64,000 bases of DNA, taken from Myxococcota bacterium. Lineage in GTDB: Bacteria; Myxococcota_A; UBA796; CAJQPC01. Where the stretch lies: NCBI GenBank assembly GCA_036229005.1, contig JAZAMN010000071.1:1-64000 (forward strand). Reading direction: 5' to 3'. The notes under the pieces were generated by a model. That model worked only from the letters and a program-made list of their open reading frames with translations. It was not told the origin of the DNA and searched no databases. The translations under genes were made by a program, and so were the position numbers. Below, piece by piece: positions 1-12,584 of this stretch; position 1 is the stretch's first letter; every line of letters begins with the position of its first letter.

Positions 1-425
1 CCACCCGCGGCCCCCATCAGGCCCCCCAGCGCCCCCACCAGCGGCCCCAGCTTTGGGGAGGGGAGGGGTCGCCAGCCCATCGCGCGGGCCGTCCCCACCG
101 CCAGACCCGTGAGCACCAGCCCACCCAGAAGACGCGTGGGCACCAACGAGGTCACCAGACCCGCGCCCACCCCCACCGGCACCACCCCCGCCAGCACCGG
201 CAGCATCACGGACCAGGGCACCTCTCGCCGGAACACCAGCAGGCGGTGGGCGTTCCCAAGCAGCAGCGCGGGCGCGCTCCACAGCAGCGCATGCGCCGGC
301 CCGACCCACAAGGTGAGCACCGCGAGCATCAGCAGGCTGCCGCCCATCCCGGCCACCGTGGTGACCCCGCCGGCCGCCACGCCGAGCGCGAACAGAGCGC
401 TGCCATCGACCCAGAACCAGGCCAC
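1..425 (-). CDS. TSUP (TauE/SafE sulfite exporter-like) membrane protein, truncated by the window start
   Basis: Manual minus-strand translation gives VAWFWVDGSALFALGVAAGGVTTVAGMGGSLLMLAVLTLWVGPAHALLWSAPALLLGN..., with the G-rich TSUP N-terminal motif. The GTG start at 425 follows AAAGGAGG; an alternative in-frame ATG lies at 470. Divergent from the LysR gene. Confidence 0.7.
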   Translation of the reverse strand, partial: MAWFWVDGSALFALGVAAGGVTTVAGMGGSLLMLAVLTLWVGPAHALLWSAPALLLGNAHRLLVFRREVPWSVMLPVLAGVVPVGVGAGLVTSLVPTRLLGGLVLTGLAVGTARAMGWRPLPSPKLGPLVGALGGLMGAAG

Positions 426-523
426 CTTCGCCTCCTTTCGCGGGGCCAGCGCCAGGGTGACCTCGCACATGCAGCCTAGGATCGGGGGGTGGATTGGGCC
501 AATGGATTGATTTGGTGGGGGCC

Positions 524-538
524 ATAGGTCCTGGTTAT
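524..538. promoter_or_regulatory. Putative LysR recognition box (T-N11-A)
   Basis: ATAGGTCCTGGTTAT (ATA-N9-TAT) in the divergent intergenic region just upstream of the LysR start. Confidence 0.5.
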
Positions 539-547
539 CGATCGGCC

Positions 548-1402
548 ATGTTCGACCCCCTCCGACACTTCCTGCTGGTCGTCGAGCACGGCTCCTTCAC
601 GGAGGCGGCCCGCCGCGCGCACCTCTCCCAGCCGGCGCTGAGCGCGTCGATCAAGAAGCTGGAGGAGCGCATGGGCGCGCCTCTGCTGCACCGGCTGCCC
701 AGAGGCGCGGAGCCCACGGCGGCGGGTCTGGCGCTGATCCCCCACGCGCGGGGGGCGCTGGCGGCGGTGGCCTCCGGGAAGCAGGCCGTGCGGGCGCTGG
801 AGGGGCTGGAGCAGGGCCAGGTGCGCATCGCGGGCGGGGCGACGGCGTGCACCTACCTGCTGCCGACGGCGCTGGCGCGCTTCCACGACCTGCACCCCGG
901 CGTGACCCTGCGCCTGCGAGAGACCTGGACGCCGCGCATCGCCGAGGCCGTCCGCACCGGCGAGGTGGACCTGGGCATCGTCCAGGGCGAGAGCACCCAC
1001 GGGCTGGACGGCGAATACTGGGGAGAGGACGAGCTCTGCCTGGTCGCTGCGCCCGCGCTGGCGGCCTCTCTGGGAGGCGGGGACCCGCCCGCTGGGACAC
1101 CGCTGATCACCTTCGCGGAGGGGGCGGCCATGCGGGGCCTGTCGGATCGGCACCTGCCCGACTGCGAGGTCATCGTGGAGCTGGGCAGCATCGCCGCCGT
1201 CAAGGGCCACGTGCGCGCCGGCCTGGGCGTCGCGCTGCTCTCCCACGTCGCCGTCGCGACGGATCTGGAGCTGGGTCGACTGGTGCGCATCCCCATGGCG
1301 CTGCCCGCCCGGAGCCTGAGCATCGTGCACCTGGGCCCGGATCGCCTGCCCCCCGCCGGCCGGGCTCTGCTCGCCCTGCTCCGCGAGTTCCGTCCCGGCT
1401 GA
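548..1402 (+). CDS. LysR-family transcriptional regulator
   Basis: HTH GSFTEAARRAHLSQPALSASIKKLE followed by a LysR substrate-binding domain; ATG at 548. Confidence 0.95.
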   Translation: MFDPLRHFLLVVEHGSFTEAARRAHLSQPALSASIKKLEERMGAPLLHRLPRGAEPTAAGLALIPHARGALAAVASGKQAVRALEGLEQGQVRIAGGATACTYLLPTALARFHDLHPGVTLRLRETWTPRIAEAVRTGEVDLGIVQGESTHGLDGEYWGEDELCLVAAPALAASLGGGDPPAGTPLITFAEGAAMRGLSDRHLPDCEVIVELGSIAAVKGHVRAGLGVALLSHVAVATDLELGRLVRIPMALPARSLSIVHLGPDRLPPAGRALLALLREFRPG

Positions 1403-1408
1403 TGCCCC

Positions 1409-1864
1409 TCAGCGCAGCAGCAGGACGCCCCAGATCACCACGCCGAGCAGCATCACGGGCCAGCTCAGGTGCAGGGCATCCCGGGCGGCCACGGGGCGGC
1501 GCCGCCGCCACGCCAAGAAGAGCACCAGCCCAACCAACGGCGTGAAGAGCACGTTGAACGCCAGGAGTTGGAGCCGCTCCCGCGTACTCAGAGGCGCGTC
1601 CGGGTCCGCCGGCTGCTCCACGCGGGCGTCGGGCACGGGGTTCAGCGCGTCGCGGGCGACGGCCAGCAGCTCGGGCCCCGGCTTTGGGAAGGTCCCCGCG
1701 CTGATGCGCTCCGCGGCCTCGATCAGCTCGGCCTGGGGCAGGTGCTGGCTGGAGAGCAGCCAGGAGAGCAGGCGCTCGTCACCCACCGGCTTCTGACCGC
1801 AGGCGGGGCAGGAGCCCATGGGCCGGTCCTTGGCCTGCCCGCAGGAGAAGCAGACGGCCTTCAA
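1409..1864 (-). CDS. Membrane protein with N-terminal zinc ribbon
   Basis: CFSC...CPAC followed by two C-terminal hydrophobic helices. The TTG start overlaps the upstream TGA (TTGA). Confidence 0.6.
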   Translation of the reverse strand: MKAVCFSCGQAKDRPMGSCPACGQKPVGDERLLSWLLSSQHLPQAELIEAAERISAGTFPKPGPELLAVARDALNPVPDARVEQPADPDAPLSTRERLQLLAFNVLFTPLVGLVLFLAWRRRRPVAARDALHLSWPVMLLGVVIWGVLLLR

Positions 1865-2865
1865 TGCAGGCTCAGGGGGGTCATCGGCGAGGCCCGGCGG
1901 CGCAGGCCCCGGTCCGTGATGGGCACCCCGCCGCGGCGGGAGAGCACGATGAGCTGCTCCAGGGGGCCTCCGGGCGCCTCCAGCAGGCGCTCCAGCCAGC
2001 GCATCACCGCGGGGCCGCTCTCCAGCAGCAGGCCGGGGTGGTCCAGGACCAGGATCTCGGCGGGATCCAGGTAGATGGCGCAGAGCAGCGAGAGGGCGGC
2101 CTGGGCGGCGGGGCCCAGGTCCTGGACGGGCCGGAGGGCGGGGCCCAGGGCCAGCCAGCTCCCCTGCTCGCCGTCGATCACGGAGACCCGGCCCAGGTTG
2201 AAGGGCGAAGCGCACAGCGCGCGCTGCAGGGACTCCAGGTCCTCGCGGGTGGAGGGATCCGGGCTGCGGGTGGCGGCGGCCAGCATCTCCAGGGGGTGGT
2301 CCCAGGTGTTGTGGATGCGCACCCGCCCCTGCATCCCCTTGAGCAGCGGCGCGAGCACCTTGAAGGCCTCGGTGCTGGGGCTGATGTCCAGCTCGCCCAG
2401 GCGCAGGCCCAGCACGCTCGCGTCGCCGATGGAGAGATCGCGGGTGAAGGCCCAGCCGCAGCGCAGCTCCAGGCGCAAGAGCTGGGGGCCCATGGCCTCG
2501 GCCAGCACGGGGTCCTTGAACGCGAGCTCCCGGAGCAGCCCGAACTGGGGGGGATCCAGCTCCACCTGCAGATCCACCTGGACGGTGCGCTCCTGGGGGT
2601 CGACCCACCCGCGCAGCCTCGCCGGCTCGGCAAAGTGGTGCTCGCTCTCCGGCGCCTCGGCCACGCTCAGGGTCTTGAGGCCGGCGGACTCCAACAGGGG
2701 GCGGGCCTGCCCCAAAGTCCCCATGGCCAGGGTGAACGCGCTGCGCAGGCTGGCGCGCTGCTCCAGAGGGCCGCTCATCCGCGCGAGCCTGGGGAGGCCT
2801 TGCAGCTCACAGCGCGCCAGACCGAGCACCTTGCTGACGCGAATCCCGACAATGACCACGCTCAC
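1861..2865 (-). CDS. Hypothetical protein resembling a degenerate ABC/AAA_21-type ATPase
   Basis: The N-terminus (IVGIRVSKVLGL...) and C-terminus (DLGPAAQAALSLL..ILVLDHPGLLL) echo the SMC/OLD-like ATPase layout, but no Walker A motif is present. Confidence 0.45.
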   Translation of the reverse strand: MSVVIVGIRVSKVLGLARCELQGLPRLARMSGPLEQRASLRSAFTLAMGTLGQARPLLESAGLKTLSVAEAPESEHHFAEPARLRGWVDPQERTVQVDLQVELDPPQFGLLRELAFKDPVLAEAMGPQLLRLELRCGWAFTRDLSIGDASVLGLRLGELDISPSTEAFKVLAPLLKGMQGRVRIHNTWDHPLEMLAAATRSPDPSTREDLESLQRALCASPFNLGRVSVIDGEQGSWLALGPALRPVQDLGPAAQAALSLLCAIYLDPAEILVLDHPGLLLESGPAVMRWLERLLEAPGGPLEQLIVLSRRGGVPITDRGLRRRASPMTPLSLH

Positions 2866-2979
2866 GCTCCTTGGCCTGGGTCTCGGACGCCGGGGCCCGG
2901 CCTTGATGTTGATGCTGAATGATCCGAACAGCCGGACGGAAGGCTAGCGCACCTGCTGTGCGCGGGCCAGGAGTGTCCC

Positions 2980-3606
2980 ATGACCGCCCACGCCCTCAAC
3001 GATCCCCAGCGCATCACCCTCCACCTGGAGGCGATGGCCGAGAGCACCCGCGGCGCCGTGCTGACCATCGGCCGGCGGCAGGTCTTCGGCGAGCTCGGCT
3101 ACCCCCACCCGGACTCGGGGGAGACCACCTTCCTGGTGCATCCAGCCCTCCACGGGCTGCTGGATCCGCCGGCCCAGGGCACCACGGTGCAGCTCGAATA
3201 CCAGACCCAGCACACCCGCTACGCCTTCTTCACCACCGTACAGGGCGCGCACACGCCGATGCTCTGGCGCCTGGCGCGCCCGCAGGCCATCTCCAGGCGC
3301 GAGACCCGCAAGCACCGGCGCCTGGAGCTCTCCGCGCTCTTCCGCACCCACGCCGGCCAGTTCCAGGAGGTCGTCGACATCTCCGAGGGCGGCTTCGGGC
3401 TGATCGTCCAGGGCGCCCCGCCCCGGGTGGGGACCCAGCTCCAGGGCTGGCTGGACGTCGAGGGGCTGCCCCCCACCGCGATCCTGGCCACCGTGCGCCA
3501 CGAACGCAAGGCCGACCAGCACTGCATCGTGGGCTGCTCCATCGACCACATCCACCCCAATGACCTCGCCGCCCTGCGGCAGCTCCTGAGCGGTCTGGGG
3601 GGCTGA
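2980..3606 (+). CDS. PilZ-domain (YcgR-like) c-di-GMP receptor
   Basis: RxxxR (RKHRR) and DxSxxG (DISEGG) motifs; N-terminal PilZNR-like domain. Confidence 0.8.
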   Translation: MTAHALNDPQRITLHLEAMAESTRGAVLTIGRRQVFGELGYPHPDSGETTFLVHPALHGLLDPPAQGTTVQLEYQTQHTRYAFFTTVQGAHTPMLWRLARPQAISRRETRKHRRLELSALFRTHAGQFQEVVDISEGGFGLIVQGAPPRVGTQLQGWLDVEGLPPTAILATVRHERKADQHCIVGCSIDHIHPNDLAALRQLLSGLGG

Positions 3607-3633
3607 GATCCCCAGGCGGTGTAGGCTGCCGGC

Positions 3634-4239
3634 ATGTGGCTCGCCCTGATCCCCTCCCTGCTGGCCGCCCCCGAGCTGGGCGTCAGCTTCACCCCCACCG
3701 CGGGCCTGGCCTCCCAGGCTGGAGACACCGGCTTGGGGGAGTTCGACGGCCTCCTGCGCCCCACCCTCACCCCCTGGGTCAGCCTCCAGGGAGAGGGTCT
3801 CTGGCGCTGGCAGCTCGGCCTGGGTGGCGCCCGCAGCGTGGTCACCCGCTGGGATGCGGGCGCGTGGCAGCGGCAGGCGATCACCACTCTGCGCCCCACC
3901 ATCGAAGCCCAGCGGCCCATCGGTGAACAGGACGGGATCCTCCCCTTCCTGGGGGTCGGGATCTGGGGCGTGGTCCCCATCGTCCGCTACACGAGCACCG
4001 CCTACGGACCCGCCGAGCAGCAGGACGCGCGGGAGAACGCCCGGGGCACCATGGCGCGCCTGGGTGGGGCCGGGATCAGCCTGGGAGGGGGGATCGACAT
4101 TCCTGTGACTGATCAGCTCACCGTCGGGGCTGCAGCCCGCTGGAGGCTCTGGCGGGGACTGGACGTAGACGAGGACGCGCTGAGCACGTCAGCCCTGGGC
4201 TGGGGCGAGGTCTCGCTGCGGGTGGGCGTGGCGCTCTGA
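3634..4239 (+). CDS. Putative outer-membrane beta-barrel protein
   Basis: Signal-like N-terminus and amphipathic strands (LPFLGVGI, ISLGGGIDIPVTDQLTVG, VSLRVGVAL). Confidence 0.55.
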   Translation: MWLALIPSLLAAPELGVSFTPTAGLASQAGDTGLGEFDGLLRPTLTPWVSLQGEGLWRWQLGLGGARSVVTRWDAGAWQRQAITTLRPTIEAQRPIGEQDGILPFLGVGIWGVVPIVRYTSTAYGPAEQQDARENARGTMARLGGAGISLGGGIDIPVTDQLTVGAAARWRLWRGLDVDEDALSTSALGWGEVSLRVGVAL

Positions 4240-4377
4240 AACACCCCTGACACGCGCCGGGAGCTGCCCCTCTGCGCTGGGTCGGCCCCCCACCTTGCGA
4301 GGCCCCCCGGGTGTGTTACCAAGGCGCCCCGCCCGCGCAGACCGGATTCCCCATGGTCGCGCCCTGGAGGTTTTCCA

Positions 4378-4866
4378 ATGACTTCTGGCCTCCTCCTTCT
4401 TGCCTCCACCGCGCATGCGGCTGGGAGCATGTCTCTGGTGCCGGACTGGAAGCTCACCCTGATTCAGATGGCGCCGTACCTGGCGTCTCTGGCAGTGCTT
4501 CACTTTGTGCTCTTCAAGCCCATGCTGGCCTACCTGCAGGGCCGCGATCAGGCGACCGTCGGCACCCGCGAAGAGGCAGCCCGCCTCCAGCAGGAGGCCG
4601 AGGCCCGCCTGCAGGAGTACGAGCAGCGTCTGGCCGCAGCCAAGGCCGAGATCCAGGCCTACAGCGCCGACCACCGTCACGCCGCCGCGCAAGAGCGCGA
4701 GGAGCTGATCAGCAAGGCCCGCGCTGAGGCCGAGGCTGAGAAGACCAAGGCGCTGGAGTCCCTCCGCGCCGAGGTCGAGCTGGCCTCCCGCGAGCTGGAC
4801 AGCCTGGGCCGCAGCCTGGGCGAGGACATCACCAAGTCGGTCCTCGGACCGCAGCCCAACGCCTGA
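4378..4866 (+). CDS. ATP synthase F0 subunit b'
   Basis: TM helix, FKPML motif and coiled coil; first gene of the atp cluster. Confidence 0.85.
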   Translation: MTSGLLLLASTAHAAGSMSLVPDWKLTLIQMAPYLASLAVLHFVLFKPMLAYLQGRDQATVGTREEAARLQQEAEARLQEYEQRLAAAKAEIQAYSADHRHAAAQEREELISKARAEAEAEKTKALESLRAEVELASRELDSLGRSLGEDITKSVLGPQPNA

Positions 4867-4874
4867 GGCGGACC

Positions 4875-5471
4875 ATGCGCTCCTTTGCCAAGGCCCTGAT
4901 CGCCACCACCCCCCTGCTGCTCGTCTCCGGCGCCGCCTTCGCGGCCGGCGGCATGAACGAGTGCGCGAACGGACTGGACGCCACCTGTGGCAAGGCCATC
5001 GGAATCCACTTCGTCAACTTCGTGATCCTCTTCGGCGGCCTCTTCCTGGTCGCCCGCAAGCCCGTCGGTGAGCTGCTCAAGCAGCGCCAGGCGGAGATCA
5101 AGAAGGAGATCACCGACGCTCAGGAGGCCCGGAACGTGGCCCAGGAGCGCTTCGACGAGCTGGAGGCGCGCCTGGCCCGCTTCGAGCAGCAGGTCGAGCA
5201 GATGAAGACGGACGCCAAGGCCGCCGCTGACCGCGACGCCGCACTGCACCACGAGCGCACGATGAAGGACATCGAGCTCATCAAGGAGCAGACCACCCGC
5301 GCCATCCGCGAGGAGAGCACCAAGGCCCACCGCCGTCTGCGCGAGCAGGCCGTGGACCTGGCCCTCGAAGTCGCCACCGAGCGCCTCAAGGGGCAGCTCA
5401 CCACCGACGACCACAAGCGCCTGAACCAGGAGTTCCTGCTGGCCGTCAACCCCGGAGCCGCCGATGCCTGA
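4875..5471 (+). CDS. atpF: ATP synthase F0 subunit b
   Basis: HFVNFVILFGGLFLVARKP followed by a coiled coil; precedes delta. Confidence 0.88.
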   Translation: MRSFAKALIATTPLLLVSGAAFAAGGMNECANGLDATCGKAIGIHFVNFVILFGGLFLVARKPVGELLKQRQAEIKKEITDAQEARNVAQERFDELEARLARFEQQVEQMKTDAKAAADRDAALHHERTMKDIELIKEQTTRAIREESTKAHRRLREQAVDLALEVATERLKGQLTTDDHKRLNQEFLLAVNPGAADA

Positions 5472-6027
5472 TATCGCCGTCGCGGAGCGCTACGCCCGCG
5501 CCCTGATCGAGATCGGTCAAGACGAGAACAAGGTCGACGCCTACGCTGCCGACCTGTCCCGCTTCAACGAGGTGCTCACCGGCACCGAGCTGCTCTCCGC
5601 CCTGGCCCACCCCGGCTTCTCGAACGACGAGCGCCGCAGCGTGCTGGACACCGTGCTCGGGCAGCTCAAGGTCGACCCCATGGTCGGCAACTTCCTGCGC
5701 ATCGTGCTGGAGAAGGGCCGCGTCGGCGCCCTGCCCGGCATCGTGGACCGCTACCGCCTGCTCGCAGACCGGCTCGCTGGCCGCGTCCGCGCCGTCGTCA
5801 CCACCGCTGTGCCCCTGGATGACGCCATGACCGCCGAGGTCAAGGCCGCCCTCGAGGCCAGCACCGGCAAGACCATCCTGATCGACCCCAAGGTCGACCC
5901 CGAGATCCTCGGGGGGCTGGTCGCCCACGTCGAAGGCCGCGTCTACGACGCCAGCCTCCGCACCCGTCTCCTCAACCTTCGTCAGACCCTTCTCGCTACG
6001 ACCCCGGACCAGGCTGCAGAAGCCTGA
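5464..6027 (+). CDS. atpH: ATP synthase F1 subunit delta
   Basis: [10 protein letters not shown]-terminus and VDPEILGG...YDAS. Confidence 0.95.
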   Translation: MPDIAVAERYARALIEIGQDENKVDAYAADLSRFNEVLTGTELLSALAHPGFSNDERRSVLDTVLGQLKVDPMVGNFLRIVLEKGRVGALPGIVDRYRLLADRLAGRVRAVVTTAVPLDDAMTAEVKAALEASTGKTILIDPKVDPEILGGLVAHVEGRVYDASLRTRLLNLRQTLLATTPDQAAEA

Positions 6028-6047
6028 GCCCCTCTCGGGAGCCCAAC

Positions 6048-7577
<1,530 letters not shown>

Positions 7578-7587
7578 GCGCCTACGA

Positions 7588-7620
7588 GCCGCTTCCCTCC
7601 CGGGGAGCGGCATTTTCTCT
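7588..7620 (+). terminator. Intra-operon stem-loop between atpA and atpG
   Basis: GCCGCTTCCC-TCCC-GGGGAGCGGC followed by ATTTTCTCT. Confidence 0.5.
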
Positions 7621-7637
7621 GAATCAGGGAGGCCCAA

Positions 7638-8522
7638 GTGGCCAATCTCCGTGACATCAAGCGCCGCATCGGCTCGGTGAAGAACACCCGGCAGATCACG
7701 CGCGCCATGAAGATGGTCTCCGGCGCCAAGCTCAAGCGCGCCCAGGAGCGGGCAGAGGGCGCCAAGCCCTACGCCGAGGCCCTGGACCGCGTGCTGCAGC
7801 GTGTGGTCGCCAGCGCGGGTGAGGAGCTCTCCCACCCCATGCTGACCTCCCACGACGAGGTCAAGACCGTCCGCGCCATCGTCATCGCCTCCGACAAGGG
7901 CCTCTGCGGCTCCTTCAACGGCGGCCTGCTCCGGAAGACCCGGGCCTGGCTGGAAGGCGAGATGGGCGACAAGGACGTCGAGCTGGCCGCCTTCGGCAAG
8001 AAGGCCCGCGGCGCTTTCGACAAGCACCCCGGCTTCAAGGACGCCACGGTCGACCTCAAGGCCCCCGACTTCCCCAGCTACGCCCACGATCTGGCCGAGG
8101 CCATGATCGCGGACTTCGAGCAGGGCGAGGTCCAGGAGGTCTACCTGGTCTACAACCGCTTCGACTCGGTGATGACCCAGACCCCCGTGTTCGTGCGCCT
8201 GCTCCCCCTGGACATCGCCAGCGAGGACCAGGCCGAGGTCAACACGACCGCCGAGGCCGCCCCCGAGGTCGAGTACAAGTACGAGCCCGGCGGTCAGCAG
8301 CTCCTGGACACCCTGCTCCCCCTGCAGCTCCAGACCATGATCCTCCAGGGCTTCTTCGACTCCGAGGCCGGCGAGCACGCCTCGCGCATGACCGCCATGG
8401 ACAGCGCGACCCGCAACGCCTCCGACCTCGTCGATCGCCTCACCCTCGAGTACAACCGGGCCCGTCAGGCCGCCATCACGACCGAGATCATCGAGATCGT
8501 GAGTGGCGCCGAGGCCCTGTAA
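7638..8522 (+). CDS. atpG: ATP synthase F1 subunit gamma
   Basis: QITRAMKMVS, SDKGLCG and YNRARQAAITTEIIEIVSGAEAL. Confidence 0.99.
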   Translation: MANLRDIKRRIGSVKNTRQITRAMKMVSGAKLKRAQERAEGAKPYAEALDRVLQRVVASAGEELSHPMLTSHDEVKTVRAIVIASDKGLCGSFNGGLLRKTRAWLEGEMGDKDVELAAFGKKARGAFDKHPGFKDATVDLKAPDFPSYAHDLAEAMIADFEQGEVQEVYLVYNRFDSVMTQTPVFVRLLPLDIASEDQAEVNTTAEAAPEVEYKYEPGGQQLLDTLLPLQLQTMILQGFFDSEAGEHASRMTAMDSATRNASDLVDRLTLEYNRARQAAITTEIIEIVSGAEAL

Positions 8523-9998
<1,476 letters not shown>

Positions 9999-10001
9999 GC
10001 C

Positions 10002-10391
10002 ATGTCCCTGCACGTCGAGATCGTCACCCCCACCGCCACCGTGTTCTCCGGTCAGGCGGACGAGGTCAAGGCCCCGGGATTCCTGGGTGAGTTCGGCGTG
10101 CTGCCGGATCACACCCCCTTCCTGTCGGTCGTCACCCCTGGCGTCGTCGAGGTCATCTCCGGCGGCAAGGCCCAGAGCTTTGTCGTCGGCCGCGGCTTCG
10201 TCGAGGCCGGCCCTGACCGCCTGACCGTCCTGGCCGAGGTGGTCGAGGCCGCCGACGCCGTGGACGCCAAGGCCGCGCAGGCCGAGCTGGAGGCCGCCGA
10301 GGCCCTGCTCGCCAGCGAGGATCCCAACGGCGCCGAGTACGCCGTGGCCGAGCGCCGCGCCGAGATGGCTCGGGCCCGCCTGCGGACCTGA
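10002..10391 (+). CDS. atpC: ATP synthase F1 subunit epsilon
   Basis: LHVEIVTP and GEFGVLPDHTP. Confidence 0.97.
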   Translation: MSLHVEIVTPTATVFSGQADEVKAPGFLGEFGVLPDHTPFLSVVTPGVVEVISGGKAQSFVVGRGFVEAGPDRLTVLAEVVEAADAVDAKAAQAELEAAEALLASEDPNGAEYAVAERRAEMARARLRT

Positions 10392-10413
10392 GCGCTCCCC
10401 GCCAGCCAACAGA

Positions 10414-10442
10414 GCGCCTGCCCTTCGGGGCGGGCGTTTCTG
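10414..10442 (+). terminator. Intrinsic terminator of the atp operon
   Basis: GCGCCTGCCC-TTCG-GGGCGGGCGT hairpin with a cUUCGg loop, followed by TTCT, between convergent genes. Confidence 0.7.
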
Positions 10443-10482
10443 CTCTGGGGCCCCTCCAAACTGGGCCCCGACTGCGCCCGGC

Positions 10483-11481
10483 TCAGAAGCGCAGCGCCAG
10501 CGCTCCCAGAGACACCCGGTTGGCCTCGACTGCGGCATTGGCCAGCCGGATGTTGTCCGACATCGCGTTGAAGGCGGCGTGCCTCCAGATGCGGGCCAGC
10601 GTCCCGTTCCTCTCCTCCAGGGCCCCCTGCAGGCGCACCGGCAGGCGCAGGATCCACGCCGGCTCCGCCGCCACCGCGCTCACCAGGGACCCACCCCCCA
10701 GCAGCCCCGCTGCCAGGCACACCAGGCGGCCAGCGCGCAGTCGGCCCAGGCGCAGGTGTCCACCGCTCTGAGCCGGGTGCCAGAGATCCAGGCGACCGTC
10801 CAGCACCAACACCGGACCGGCCTCGGGCTGACCGTGCTCCACGGCGAGCTGCCCGGCGTCCAGGCCCTCCACCTCGCCCAGGTCCTCCAGGTGGGAGGCC
10901 AGCTCGGGCAGGTATTCGCGGCCAAAGATCCCATCCAACGCCAGGACACGGCTCAAGGGAGGAGGGGGCGTCTTGGGTCCGGAGCGCGAGAGCCACCGCC
11001 CCAGCAGCCCCTTGCGTGTCACTGGGCGCTGAGATCCGGGCACCGCCGAGGACAACAGCCTGTAGGTGTCCCGTAGGCGCTCCATCGCCGTCTGGGCCGC
11101 GTGCTCCCGGAGCGGTCCCAGCAGGGGGCTGTGGTCGAGCTTGAGTACGCCCAGCCCCTCCCGGTCCAGGATCAGCAGCCGGCAAGGGCTCGCTGTGATC
11201 ACCGTGGCGGCGCGGCGCTCCAGGTGCCCAAAGAGACTCAGCTCCCCCACCGTGTCGCCGGGGCCGATGCGGCCCACCTCGATCTGATCCTCCCCCACGC
11301 AGACCGCGAGCTCCCCGTCCAGCACGAGCACCATGGAGCGGTCGGACTCCCCCTCGCGCATCAAGATCTCGCCGCCGCCGATGCGACACGCCGAGAAGGC
11401 CATCAGCGCCCTGGCGAGCTGCATCCTCCCCACCGAGCGCAGGGCGGGGATCCTGGCCAGGTCATCGACCGAGAGGCTCAC
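10483..11481 (-). CDS. Tandem cyclic-nucleotide-binding domain protein
   Basis: Intact GELSL...RRAATV phosphate-binding cassette in domain 1; degenerate second CNB domain; no HTH. Confidence 0.8.
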   Translation of the reverse strand: MSLSVDDLARIPALRSVGRMQLARALMAFSACRIGGGEILMREGESDRSMVLVLDGELAVCVGEDQIEVGRIGPGDTVGELSLFGHLERRAATVITASPCRLLILDREGLGVLKLDHSPLLGPLREHAAQTAMERLRDTYRLLSSAVPGSQRPVTRKGLLGRWLSRSGPKTPPPPLSRVLALDGIFGREYLPELASHLEDLGEVEGLDAGQLAVEHGQPEAGPVLVLDGRLDLWHPAQSGGHLRLGRLRAGRLVCLAAGLLGGGSLVSAVAAEPAWILRLPVRLQGALEERNGTLARIWRHAAFNAMSDNIRLANAAVEANRVSLGALALRF

Positions 11482-11900
11482 CGCGCAGCCAGATGATCCG
11501 CGTAGGCCCGCCGCTGCTGGAAGTCCATCGCCGAGGCCGCGCGGGCCTGGGACTCGGAGAGCAGGTACTCGCGGATCTGGTAGTCCCGCGAGCCCATCAG
11601 CGTGGAGGTGAAGTAGCTGGCCGCGAAGGTGGTGAAGGTGCCCAGCGCCACCCCCCGCCAGAGCATGTAGGGCTCGGCTTCTTCGGCCTCGGCGGCCTGC
11701 AGCGCCTTGACCGAGGCGAACACCGTGCCGGCGATGGCCAGGCTCTGGGCGCTGGCGTGGGTGGCCCCCCAGCCGGAGCGCTCGAAGGCGAACTGCGGCA
11801 CGCCGAAGGGCATCACCAGCTTGTACTTGGGTGGGAGCGGCGGCAGGGCCTCGGGGGTGGGGTCCTGCGCGAGAGCGAGTGAAGAGAGCAGCAACAGCAA
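11478..11900 (-). CDS. Hypothetical exported/membrane protein
   Basis: Short signal peptide (ALA-Q), PFGVPQF motif and hydrophobic segments. Confidence 0.55.
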   Translation of the reverse strand: MLLLLSSLALAQDPTPEALPPLPPKYKLVMPFGVPQFAFERSGWGATHASAQSLAIAGTVFASVKALQAAEAEEAEPYMLWRGVALGTFTTFAASYFTSTLMGSRDYQIREYLLSESQARAASAMDFQQRRAYADHLAAR

Positions 11901-11910
11901 GGGTGCGACC

Positions 11911-12516
11911 TCAGCGCTTGGGGACGGCCTTGAGCTTGGCCTTGCCGTCCTCGACCTGAACGCGGAAGGAGACGGAGTTGCACTTGTAGCGCGCCTTGAT
12001 GTTCCGCACCTGCTGCCTCAAGGCCTTCTGCACGGACTCGTACTCCATGTCCGTGGACTGACCACACTTGGCCCGGGCGGTCATGTAGTGGTCGTAGATC
12101 TTGCGGAAGGCGGCGTCCTCCCGGCGGGCCTTCGCGGCGCGGGCGGCCAGCTCCTGCCGGGCAGCGTCCTGCTTGGCCTCGGCGCTCTTGCGCGACTGGT
12201 CCTTGAGGTCCGCGCGGAAGCGGAACTTGGGGTGCGTCCCCCGCTCGATCATGACCAGGTTGCGCCGCAGGTAGAGATCCAGGGTGTTCCACCGCGCCCG
12301 GAGCTGCCTGAATCTGTAGGCCTGCCGCGTGTTCTGGATGGGGTTCTGCAGCAGCGTGCGGATCAGGCGCAGGACCTCGTCCCGGTAGCGGATGGGCTCC
12401 AGGCGCTCGATCCCGGAGAAGTACTTCTCGTACTGCACCTTGAGGACGAACATCGACTGCTCCAGCTCGTCGAGCTGGGCGTTCACGGTGCGGTCGATCT
12501 GGTTTCGGCGGGCCAT
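11911..12516 (-). CDS. MXAN_5187 C-terminal-domain-like protein
   Basis: YEKYFSGIERLEP...IERGT...VSFRVQVEDGKAKLKA pattern, as recalled from this myxobacterial family. Confidence 0.65.
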   Translation of the reverse strand: MARRNQIDRTVNAQLDELEQSMFVLKVQYEKYFSGIERLEPIRYRDEVLRLIRTLLQNPIQNTRQAYRFRQLRARWNTLDLYLRRNLVMIERGTHPKFRFRADLKDQSRKSAEAKQDAARQELAARAAKARREDAAFRKIYDHYMTARAKCGQSTDMEYESVQKALRQQVRNIKARYKCNSVSFRVQVEDGKAKLKAVPKR

Positions 12517-12584
12517 TGGGGCTCCTCCGCGTGGCGAAAGACTATCACCCGACGCCAGGGACCGCAGAGCGGTAGACTGCCGCG

